Position numbers and translations under genes: made by a program. Source: Chiloscyllium plagiosum (Eukaryota). Taken from it: a stretch of 60,956 nucleotides of DNA. Below the pieces are notes generated by a model, which saw nothing but the letters and a program-made list of their open reading frames with translations, was not told the origin of the DNA and did not search any database. The stretch covers positions 34,449,453-34,510,408 of the forward strand of contig NC_057720.1 in the NCBI RefSeq assembly GCF_004010195.1, in the 5' to 3' direction. Positions 37,999-49,186 of this stretch are shown here, one piece after another; positions within the stretch are counted from its first letter, which is position 1, and every line of letters begins with the position of its first letter.

Positions 37999-38120
37999 CT
38001 TTCTGTATGTTGGCAGATCTGGTCATCAGTGAGCGCTTTACAAAGAACACACACACATACAGACAATTCTTCGCTTTGTCTTCTGGTGGAGACCTTCCAG
38101 ACAAGATTTGATCCTGTGAG
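37999..38120 (-). other. Putative first exon of the minus-strand gene (TSS approximate)
   Basis: Donor AAG|GTAAGG at 37999/37998, just downstream of the promoter motifs. Confidence 0.55.
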
Positions 38121-38635
38121 TTGCGTCAGCCTTTCTTGTACTGAATGACCCACTCCAATCAAGACTCCTCCTTCTCGCCTGCAATCTCATTTGTACAGAG
38201 GCTGCACTCACTCTGTCAGTGCCCGCCCCCACCATAGCCGGCTGAAGGCTCTTCTCGCGTCTACGTGATCGGCGAATGGTCAAAGCCGGGAAAGGGAGTA
38301 GAAATTTGTTAGCAATAAAATGAAAGCGAAGGTTGAAATTGTTTTTATTCTCACCACTCTGTAGTGCTTTCAAAATAAATGCCAACCACGTAATAACTGA
38401 GATTTTGCAGGGGGAGTTTGGTGCATTATTTTGCAATGCATCATCCAAAGGAAAAAATCATATACTGGATGAAGAAGCCCTACAGTTGACATTCTGTCAG
38501 GTGTTGCATCATGTTACACTAGGAACCGAAATATTGTGGAGATGTGGCACCAATTCGTGAATCATGTTTCATCTACCTGGCTTGGAAACGCAAGATCATC
38601 ACACCTACCAATGGAATCGACCAGTGTCTAAACGC

Positions 38636-38757
38636 GGTAAAAACAATGACTGCAGATGCTGGAAACCTTCTTCTGGATCAGTGGTGCTGGAAGAGCACAG
38701 CAATTCAGGCAGTATCCGAGGACAGGCAAAATCGACGTTTCGGGCAAAAGCCCTTCA
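38636..38757 (-). mobile_element. Penelope-derived terminal fragment truncated within the hammerhead core
   Basis: Minus strand reads TGAAGGGCTTTTGCCCGAAACGTCGA, then the CCAGCATCTGCAGTC tail. Confidence 0.75.
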
Positions 38758-38990
38758 ACGCGTCTAATCCTTTCAGAACCCATCTCCAAAGCGTACCCAA
38801 AGCAACGATTTAATCACAATCGTGAAAGTAAAACAAAACACACGAAATTGGTCATTCATCTTCAGCTATCTTGAGATGTCATTCAGAACGTTAGATAATT
38901 GAGCGTAGAGTCATAATCATAGAGATGTACAGCACAGAAACAGACTCTTTGATCCAACTCGTCCATGCCAACCAGATATCTAAATTAACC

Positions 38991-39328
38991 ATAGAATCCT
39001 AGAATCCCTACAGTGTGGAAACAGGCCACTTGGCCCATCAAGTCCACACTGACTCTCTGAAGAGCAGCCCACCCAGACCCAGCCCCTTACACTATCCTTG
39101 TAACCCTGCAGTTCCCATGGTTAATCCACCTCGCCCACACATCCCTGGACACTATGGGCAATGTAGCATGGCCAATCCACCTAACCTGCTCACGTTTGGA
39201 GTGCGGTAGAAAGCTACAGCACCTGGAGGAAACCCACACAGACACGAGACAGTTGCCTGAGGGTGGAATCAAATCCGGGTCCCGGTGCTGTGAAGCAGCA
39301 GTGCTGACCACTGACCACCATGCTGCCC
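38991..39328 (-). mobile_element. HE1-like V-SINE, adjacent to a short CR1 tail at 38905-38990
   Basis: V-domain and tRNA head on the minus strand. Confidence 0.85.
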
Positions 39329-39899
39329 AGGTTTGTGCCGGCACCCCCTACGTTAGGCGTTTAACTCATTGAAAACCATGCCAAGCTTCTGCCTTTACGT
39401 CTGCACTGAATGGCAATACAAAACTGCAGTACTATGACGCCGCGATCCTTTGGTGAGGGGTAATGTGCAAAGCATGGTAGGAAGAGTTGCAATTTGTGAG
39501 CATTCAAGTTGGCTGAAAGTGAGTGAGCATGAAGAGTGCAGACTGGACCAGTCTGCATCTCAGGCTGGCTGCGTATCCCTGAGCACAAAATGTTTTTGCT
39601 GCAGCTTTGCAATGATACTTACCGTTGAAGGTGAGCCTACTGTAAGAGAGATGTGTCATGAGGGTTCATGTGGAACGCCAGTGTCCATGGACAGAGGGTG
39701 CGTGTGACCAGTGCAGATGAAACATGCCTTGAGATGCTGTTCCATGGTGACCAGCAAGTAAGGTCTTCATAGTCAGTGGTGAGCTGGAGTCACCAGGTGT
39801 CCACGCAGACTTCCATGTCAAGAATTCTCAGCATCTAGTTTGCACATGGCGGATGGTAAGATAGAATGCTTGACTCCTGGAACTCCTTGACTCCTTATG

Positions 39900-40178
39900 G
39901 CTATTCAGCCCATCATGACCCTCAGAAAAGCAGCCCACTCACACCCACCCCACTTTCCCCATATCTAATCCACCTTGCTGACATATCCCTGGAAACTATG
40001 AGCAATTTAACATGGTCCATCCACCTAACCTGCACACCTTTGGACTGTGGAAGGAAACCAGAGAACCCACGCAGACACAGGGAGAATGCACAAAGTCCAC
40101 ATTGGCAGTTAGCCAAGGCTCGAATTGAACACAGGTTCCTGGTAGTGTGAGGCAGCAGTGCTAACCACTGAGCCACAG
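39900..40178 (-). mobile_element. Degraded HE1-like V-SINE
   Basis: V-domain and head remnants. Confidence 0.8.
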
Positions 40179-42019
40179 TGCAATCATTTGCCCGCATTTG
40201 GCCATATCCGTCTAAACCCTTCCTATTCAGTAAATAAATATTCTAAAAATTAGAACAGAACCACATTTCAGCCACAAGATCTTGAAAGAAGATTGGGAAG
40301 CACAAGTGGTTGGAGTTCTGCTATTATAAATACCGACATTTCAGTTCTTGCTTTATCCTTCCTACAAACTTCCTCAAAGAAACCATAAATGAAAATGCTG
40401 ACAAAAAGGATGTTGGAAGCAAGTTCTCCTCAGATCCTGCTGGAACTGTTGGACATTTCTTGCTTTTCGTTTTCATTTCAGGTTTCCAGCATCCGTAATA
40501 ATGTGGTTTTGTAGGGAGTGAGGTAAGCTTGACCATTCCAGCAATCCTGCAACTGATGTGGGAACTATTGATTCCAAAGTCAGTTCAGTTTTTTTTAATG
40601 TGCATTCTTCTCATGCCAGACATGGTTTAATTCTTTCACATTGTTTAGGCATCGATATTTGTTGCCCAGCACTAAATACCCTTGAGAAGTGAGGGTGAGC
40701 TACTTTCTTGAACTGCTACATTCCCACTGAACACACCATGCCAAGACAAAGGGAGTTCCAATAATTTGACCCAGCGACATTGACGTAATTGTTCTAAGTC
40801 AGGAAGATATGAGGCTTGGGAGGGAATTTGCAGAGGATGGTGCTATCCTATGTATCTGCTGCCTTGATCCTTGTCGGTGCTAAAGGTCGCAAGTTTTGAA
40901 GATACTGTTAAAACAGGGTTGACACGTTGCAGCAGTCTATTTTCTATGTGACATGCACTGTTTCTGTCACTGTGTAAGGGAGTGAAAGTTTAAGGTGGCA
41001 ACAGATCAATTGCCAATCATTGAATGGACAATTGACTCCATCATTGATAAATTGCGTGGTCTCTCCCAAACTACCTTTTTTTTAACGTGTGGGCTGATGA
41101 CAACAATTCCGACTACCTGCATGGAGTCCTGAAGCATGTGCAGAGAGGGATGTGCTGTGGTTGTTCAGTCCAGTGTTCTGGTTTTGGTTTTAAGGGGCTG
41201 TAGAGAAGAGTGTTGCTGTGAGGTGATGATGGAACAACAAAGCAAGTGGTTGAAAGAGAATCCTATGCGATTCAATCAGATCTTTGGAGGCAAGGAGAAG
41301 GGATCCAGGATGAAAATGTACTGCAGTAGCACACTCACAGGATTTAGGGCTCATAGATGCCCTGACAGCTAGTATGTCAAAATAAGAATTGAAGTTAAAG
41401 TTCAGGAGAAAGCCTGGGAACTGTCTGGAGTGGTTTGAATTTGGAAGAAGCCCTAGGATGATTGATAAGTTCATTGCCCGTGAACATAGGGTGAAGGAAG
41501 CCCACAAGCAGTGATTGCTTGAAGCTGCCGAGAAAATATTGAAGTTCAGTCAAGTCCTTGGGGTAGCATCAATCTAGTGACTGTGAAAGAACTAGAATTG
41601 CGTCTGTGTGGCAATGTAGAAGAAGGACCATTATAGTTCGCTAGACTTTTGGGACGTTATATTTGGTCAACTAAAAATTAAAATTAAAGCTTACTTCAGC
41701 AACTAATATCAAGCAAGCTGTCAGCAGCTGTAACTACATATTGCAATATCTTGCAACAACAAAGGCCACCTTGTCACATGAAGGTGTGATACTGGCATCT
41801 GAGACGGAAATATAGCAAAGGAGACAAAGGAAGGTTAGTTACCATCAAAACACATTACAAAATCAAAACAAATGTTAATGGGTTACATAGAACCACTGGG
41901 TTACAAGGGGCCCTCCCTTTAGTTTCTCTTGGCGAGAGTATTGCAATTACTGATTCACTTCAGGTTTGGGCTTAACTTCTTAACTCATTTCCTCTTTTAG
42001 CTTGATGATAACGAGAGGC

Positions 42020-43152
42020 AGATTACAAAAATCTCAAATCCTGAACAGACCGGACAGAGAAAAACTTGTTTATAAGAGCGTTTCCTGAAAAGTGACCCAG
42101 GTAGAAAGGGTAAGAAGAAGGTAAATTGCTCAGCGTTTAGTGCTTGGAAAAGAGAGGCAGTACAATGACATTCAAAAAATGTGAAGTGAGTCCAACAGGT
42201 AAGAAAAGGCAGGTTGACGATGGTACCAGTCAAGTAGGAAGTTTGAATCAATTAGTGGCTAAATGGAAAGGTGGCCACCATTCTTGTGCTCTGGCAAATG
42301 TGAAAAATAAAAGGGAGGCAGAAGATATAGGGAATAAATCAAACCAGTGGTTACTATAATTGTGGCCTTTGAGTTTTTGGGCGAAAAATTGCCCATCACA
42401 ACAGCCATCCCTATGCAAACATGACGGCCTCAGGGTTAGAACATCACACAAACCCAGGTTCACACCAAACCTCAAGCAAATTTTACTGTTCAGAATCCAT
42501 GGGAAAATATTAATAAGGCAAATGGGGAGGAAGAACAATGTGGCCAGGGCCAGGTGCATCCATACTCCTTGTGACTGTCTCAGCCTAGCCCTGCGCAACT
42601 ATTGCCCTGTGTGTCTGCACAGGAAATTAAAGAACCCATTTTAGAAATAACTGTTGGAAGAAAGAAAGTTCCCTTTTTGGTTGATACTGATGCCACATTT
42701 TCAATCTTAACCAAGGACTACGCAAATGGGATTCAAAGTATGCTCAGGTATGTGTCTGTAGTGGGGCTGTCTGGGACTTCACAAACAATGCCATTCTCAG
42801 AGCCACTAGGCTGGACACTTTAAGGACATACACACCTTTTTACTATCAAAGGACACCCCTGTTAAATTATGTAGTAGGGATCTGTTCCGCAAGATGCAGG
42901 CTGTCATTAATTGCTTCCAAAGAGGGGATAGAGGTTCTGGTCCCAACTGCTAGATGTGGTTTATTCCCAATCCAGGTTACAAAATCTACTATTCTAGATG
43001 CCTGGTACCCACTCAAGCAAGATCCTCAAATACTTATTGGGATCCCTCCATAGTGCCTCCCAAGCTGCCTCAGATGACCAAAAGAATCTGCACTTGGGTC
43101 ACTGGCATTTGAGAATACATTGTACAGCCTTTTATGATGCCACCAGCACTTA
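42020..43152 (+). mobile_element. Endogenous retrovirus fragment (class I, gamma/epsilon-like): decayed gag and protease
   Basis: Zinc-knuckle remnant YYNCG..WAKNCP at about 42350-42395. Retropepsin EPILEITVGRKKVPFLVDTDATFS ... VVGLSG, then after a frameshift HTFLLSKDTPVKLCSRDLF, resembling PVNLLGRDLL. Confidence 0.8.
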
Positions 43153-43346
43153 GTACTGTGGGAGCTTGACCCCACCCATTCAGGCTGTTTCTATTGTTCT
43201 AATCTTTAAAAATAAACCTCAAGGCCCCAGAAGCTGTTTAAGCTATTGGCTTTGGAGTTGACTGCCTGTCACCTCTGTCACAACCTTTCATCATTAAAAA
43301 AAACTCCATGACAAAATATATCTCTCAAAGCCATTGAATCATCGCA
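43153..43346 (-). repeat. Truncated 3' LTR of the Gmr1-type element
   Basis: Starts with TG directly after the PPT AAAGAGGGGAAG (43347-43358). Roughly 80% similar by eye to 52624-52795. Confidence 0.85.
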
Positions 43347-43685
43347 CTTCCCCTCTTTAAAAACGTGAACCAGCAATATATAAAGATTATTTCATTTTTA
43401 AATACCTTTAGTCTTATGTTATTTATACACTACAATACATATATATTACATTGACTTGAAACATGCAAATGTTCACTACTACAGTCCACTTCAGTCCACT
43501 TTTTCCTGCCACCGAACATCTCTGTTTTCCCTCATCAAAGTCATAACAATGTGTCGACAATTATGTTGTCTTGTCCTGCCTCTTGTATAATTTTCAAACT
43601 GAATGGCTGTAATAATAAGCTTCATCTCAACAAATTGTTAAATTTTTCCAAAAGGTTTAAGGAGTTAAAATCAATTGTCTCAGAC

Positions 43686-45298
43686 TATCGCCACCTACAG
43701 TCAGACCCCACCACCAAAAGTATATTTCCCTCCTACCCCTATCTGCACTCCGCAGAGACTACGTCTCTCTTGTTAGGGCCACATTCCCCACCAACGCACC
43801 CTCCAATCCCTGCACCTTCCCCTGCTGCCACACAAAACCTGTGCCCACACCACCTTCCTCACCTCCATCCAAGGCCCTAAAGGGTCATTTTAAATCTGGC
43901 TGAGATTTTCCTGCACATCCTCCCACCTCATTTACTGTACCCATTGCTCTCGATGCGGTCTCCTCTACATCAGGGAGACCAAGCGCCAACTCATGGAGTG
44001 GCTCAGGTAACATCTCTAGTCTGCACGCACCAAGCAACCCCACCACGCTGTGGCCAACCACTTCAACTTCCCCTCCCACTTCCCCAAGGACATGCAAGTC
44101 CTGGGTTTCCTCCACTGCCAAATCAAAGCCACCTGCTGGCTGAAGGAAGAACACCTCATCTTCCTGTTACAACACAGGGTAAACCACGTGCCCCCCCCCC
44201 CCATTAATTTAAACCTGCAACACAGAAATGATTTAACTCGTGCTGTAATCTGTTAAAATTTGAGAGGCAAAGAATTATCCCACAAGTCACTATTGGAGTA
44301 AAAATTAACAACTTTTTTTTAAGTCTAACAGAGAATAATTAACTAGCAACTATTTACAACTTCTTTCTATAAACCTATCTTTTAACTTCCCCTTCTATAA
44401 TACTGGTCGGATAAAACTCCCGATTAAGATTTACCAAAAAGTGCCAATTTCAAAACCAGCCAGCTGTTGAATCTTCTATTTGTATCTTCCTGAGTCTTCT
44501 TTTCTTCTTCTTAGGGCTTTTGTTTCACAGGTTGTTGATATATAAAGGTACCTTTAAGAGAGATATGCTCTGGGCGTCTGCAAATGTTGGTGGTTTGGCA
44601 GTTCTCTTCCAACTGTTCAATTTCTTTTTGGTTTATTACCCAAAACATTGGATCATTTCATTGGTTTTAATATTGTCAAAATCCCAAATTCAAACTTGAT
44701 TGGAGTTTAGTATCTTGAGGCATCATTTAAACTGATTGGCCGAGTTTGAATTTGTTTTTGTCTCATAGCAACCCAGGCACTGTTAGCTGCTGGACCAAAT
44801 GTTACATTGTAAATTCTCAAGTACTCTGTGATCTTGCTAAGTCCTTCAACTCTCTTAAAGGTACAGTGCCCCTTACACCATCATAACATTCTACCTTGGG
44901 ATTCTTCAACAACATGGCATCAACATCAACTTCATTAGTTTCCAAATTTCCCCACCCACCACCTCATCCCAGATCCAACCCTCTAACTCAGCATCGCGCT
45001 CTTGACCTGTCCTACCTGTCCATTTTCCTTCCCACATATCTGCTCTAGTCTTCCCATTGATCTATCACAATCACTTCCTACAAGCATCCACCTATCACCA
45101 TCCCACCTACATTCCCCCCAACACTACCGCCACCCCCTATTTATCTTTCATCCCCCTTCCCCCTCCATATTCCTGATGAAGGGTTTATGCCCAAAATGTT
45201 GACTCTCCTGCTCCTTGGACACTGCCTAATCTGCTGTGCTTTGCCAGCACCACACTTTTCGACTCTGACTCTCCAGCATCTGCAGTCCTCACTTTCTC
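43686..45298 (+). mobile_element. Penelope-like GIY-YIG/pLTR fragment inserted in the Gypsy RNase H
   Basis: LIYCTHCSRCGLLYIRETKR and VANHFNFPSH; degenerate hammerhead at 45173-45200; CTCAGAC duplicated at 43679-43685 and 45299-45305. Confidence 0.85.
44165..44888. mobile_element. Solo LTR (724 bp) inside the Penelope fragment
   Basis: TGTTA ... TAACA termini with a 4-bp TTCC/TTCT target duplication; the Penelope sequence resumes on the far side. Confidence 0.8.
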
Positions 45299-45423
45299 CT
45301 CAGACACTTTACAGGCAACATAACTGTTGAAATGTTGCAACACCAACACCAAGCTCAAGGTCTGTTGATTATTCAATTTTTTAGAAAAATGCCCAATAGG
45401 CCTTTGTGTCTTCTCATTATCTT

Positions 45424-46262
45424 GTCTAGATGGGCCAATGGACCAAGGAGTGGCAGGTGAAATTTAATTTAGGTAAGTGTGAGGTACTGCATTTTGGAAA
45501 GGCAAATCAGGGCAGAACATATACACTTAATGGGGAGCGTTGCTGAACAAAGAGAACTTTGGAGAGCAGGTTCAATGTTCATTGAAAGTGGAGTCAAAGG
45601 TAAATAGGATAGTGAAGAAGGTATTTGGTATGCTTTCCTTTATTGATCAGAGCATTGAGTATAGGAGTAGGGAGGTAATATTATAGTCGTAACAGACATT
45701 AGTTAGGCTACTTTTGGAATATTGTGTGCAAGTCTGGTCTCCCTGCTATAGGAAGGATGTTGTGAAATTTGAAATGGTTTAGAAAAGATTTACGAGGATG
45801 TTGCCAGGTTTGGAGGGTTTGAGGTATAGGGAGAGGTTGAATAGGCTGGGGCTGTTTTCCCTGGATCATTGGACGCTGAGGGGTGACCTTATAGAGGTTT
45901 ATAAAATCATGAGGGGCATGGATCGGGTAAATAGACAAGGTATTTTCCATGGGTTGGGGAGTCCAGAACTAGAGGGCATAAGTTTAGGGTGATGGGAAAA
46001 GATTTAAAAAGGATGTAAAGGGCAACTCTTTCACACAAATGGTGGTGCGTGTATGGAATGAACTGCCTGTGGAAGTAGTGGAGGCTGGTACAATTATAAC
46101 ATTTAAAAGACATCTGGATGGGTACATGAATAGGAAGGGTTTAAAAGAATATGGGCCAAATGCTGGCAAATGGGACTAGATTAGGTTAGGATTCTGGTCG
46201 ATGTAAACGAGTTGGACTGAATGGTCTATTTCCATACTGTATATCTCTATGATTCTTGATCC
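45424..46262 (+). mobile_element. CR1 LINE 3' fragment inserted in the Gypsy RNase H
   Basis: MLPGLEGLRYRERLNRLGLFSL; TATCTT is duplicated on both sides. Confidence 0.9.
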
Positions 46263-46891
46263 TATCTTCTTGCAAAAGGACTGAAAAGCACATCAATTGC
46301 ATCTACAGCCACCTTGATTAGTTTTGCATAATTAGGTGCAGCTAACACTAGGGTAGTGGTTAACACAGCTTTCAGGCTGTCAAACTTCTGACATTTGTCT
46401 GTTGACTGAAATTTTCTGTACTTCTTCAACATGTCAGTCAGTGGATTGGCCACAGTGCTAAAATTCGGTTTGAACTTCTGATAAAACCCGTTCAGTCCAA
46501 GGAGATGTGTTACTTCTCTTTTCATCAATGGTATGAGAAACTCCCCAATAACTTTTGTTTTCACATCCCATAGAACCATTTGTCCTTGTCTAATAACATA
46601 GTTCAGGAACATGACTTGGTCTTTAGCAAACTCACTCTTAGACAGGTTATCATCAAATCCACATCCCAAAATCATTTATCGAATTCCGATAGATACTCCA
46701 AATGTTCCCGCCACGTGTGACTAAAAATCACAAGATTGTCAATATACACCACACAATTGGGAAATCCTGAAATAGCTTTATTGGTTAGTCTTTGAAATGT
46801 AGCTAGTGCATTTTTCATACCAAATGGCATGACTTTATACTGGTCAAGCCCATGTAGTGTTGTGAAAGCTTAAATTTCCTTTGCTTTTCAG

Positions 46892-47315
46892 ATAATGCTA
46901 CCTGCCAGTATCCTCTAAATAAGTCCAACCTGGTAAATATAAGCTGTTAATCCCATTTTCTCTTTACTGAAGAGGATATGAAACAGATTTTGTAACTGCA
47001 TTGATTTTGCGATACTCCACACATAATCTTTGGCTACCATTTGGTTTTGGCAATATTACTATATGTAAGCTCCATTCATTGCAATTATATTGTCTTTGAG
47101 CACAAGTTCAATCTCTTTTTGAACCCTGTGCCAATTTTAAAGAGTTACGTCTGCAAGGATGCTGCTTAATTGGAATAGCGTTTCCTATATCTATTTCATG
47201 TGTAATTAGGTTTGCACTTCCCAACTTCTATGGAAGACAGTAAGGAGAAAATGGGATAAGCAACTTATATTTACCAGGTTGGACTTACTTAGAGGATACT
47301 GGCATGTAGCATTAT
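46892..47315. repeat. 78-bp inverted duplication of Gypsy RT sequence (46892-46969 / 47238-47315)
   Basis: Direct comparison gives 6 mismatches in 78 bp and a 268-bp spacer. Confidence 0.9.
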
Positions 47316-47505
47316 GCTCACACATCTCCCCTTGTGATTATAATAGGTTTTTCAGGTCAATTCAGTTTTACTCTGGAATGTAACTTAATAGTTTATCCCA
47401 ATTTTTGAGAAGTTCCTCATTGACCAGTTTAGTTTGAGGAATATCCAATTCAGCATCCTCTGAACTTAGTATTGTAACCAGTACCTCATTTGCCTTTTGC
47501 TTTTC

Positions 47506-47803
47506 TTAGATTAGATTACTTACAGGTCCTTCGGCCCAACAAGTCCACACCGACCCGCCGAAGAACAACCCACCCATATCCCTACATTTACCCCTTAACC
47601 GAACACTACAGGCAATTTAGCATGGCCAATTCACCTGACCTGCACATCTTTGTGACTGTGGGAGGAAACCGGAGCACTCGGAGGAAACCCACGCAGACAC
47701 AGGGAGAATGTGAAAACTCCACACAGTCAGTGGCCTGAGGCGGGAATTGAACCCAGGTCTCTGGCTCTGTGAGGCAGCAGTGCTAACCACTGTGCGACCT
47801 GCT
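47506..47803 (-). mobile_element. HE1-like V-SINE inserted in Gypsy pol
   Basis: V-domain and (GATTA)n tail. Confidence 0.9.
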
Positions 47804-48359
47804 GCCTCCCATCTTCCCTGTAAAAATATATTTTGAGCATATTCACATGACACACTCTGTGAGATTTCTTTCTATCTGACATTCCTATTAAATAGTTCAC
47901 CTCACTCAATTTTCTTTCAATTTGATAAAGCTCACTAAACCTTGCCTTTAAAGGTTCATATACCACTGGAAGTAATGTCAGCACTTTATCACTACTAGGA
48001 GAATTGCGAATTTTTGATTTCTCATCATCTTCCTGTTTCATCTCATGCGGTGCTACTTTTAAACCCATTCTATTTAATCGTTCCCTAAGTTGGATATACA
48101 GTCCAAATATGTGGTCTCTGAACTCTGACTCATTAATTTCTCCTTAATTAATTTCAGTGGCCCTCTCACCTCATGCTTAAAAAATTATTCAAATGGATTG
48201 AATTTAGTTAATTCATAAAATGCGTCCCCAGTTGCAAAAGGTACACATGGAATTCCTTTATTTCGATTCTCTGGATAGTCTTGACTGTAAAACCCTCAAC
48301 TTGATCTTTAAAGTTACCATTCTAATGCTCCCCCCTGTGATCCTGCATGGTATGCAGTG

Positions 48360-48858
48360 AATTATAGAGTCATAGAGATGTACAGCACGGAAACAGACAC
48401 TTTGTTCCAACTTGTCCATGCCGACCAGATATCTCAACCCAATCTAGTCCCACCTATCAGCACCCGGCCCAAATCCCTCCAAATCCTTCCTATTTGTACA
48501 CCCATCCAGATGCCTTTTAAATGTTGCAATTGTACTAGCGTCCACCACCTCGTCTGGGAGCTCATCCCATACACGTAACCACCCTCTGCATGAAAAAGTT
48601 GCCCCTTAGGTCTCTTTTATATCTTTCGCCTCTCATCCTTAACTTATGCCCTCTAGTTCTGGACTCACCCACCCCAGGGAACAGACTTTGTCTATTTATC
48701 CTATCCATTCCCCTCATGATTTTATAAACCTCCATAAGGTCCCCCCTCAGCCTCCGATGCTTGAGGGAAAACAACCCCAGCCTATTCAACCTCTCCCTAT
48801 AGCTCAAATTCTCCAAACCTGGCAACATCCTCGTAAATCTTTTCTGAACCCTTTCAGC
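48360..48858 (-). mobile_element. CR1 LINE 3' fragment inserted in the integrase core
   Basis: MLPGLENLSYRERLNRLGLFSL ... RDLRGNFF. Confidence 0.92.
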
Positions 48859-49186
48859 TTTTATTCCTTACCTGTCTATAACTTCCTTGAATAATTTTGA
48901 TGAACAATTTCACTTTTGATTTGATTGTATTTCTGTTGGAATCCATATCTATTAAAACAAAGGTTGAGTAACTCCTCTACAAACCTTCTAGCTGTGATAT
49001 TGCATAATGGAATGGGCTCTCAAAAGGTAGTGGACACATCCATTATGATCAAAAGAAATGATTCCCACTTTTAGTTTAAGGTAGGGGTCCTGTGCAATCA
49101 AATCAGCCTCTTATAAAACATTCCTCAAATCTGGGAATGGGCATTAAAGGTGCTGGTTTTATCATCGACTGAAGTTTTCCAGTTAC

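Larger units (their letters stand above)
37150..39800. promoter_or_regulatory. CpG-retaining promoter region
   Basis: CG dinucleotides are visibly enriched over the CpG-depleted flanks. Motifs: TTGCGTCA 38121-38128, CCAAT 38155-38159, GC box CCCGCCCC 38222-38229, ACGTG 38263-38267. Confidence 0.65.

Noticed and set aside
41050..41780. Possible LTR of the ERV, ending TGTCACA
   Set aside because: No second copy, clear 5' end, PBS or TSD could be identified.
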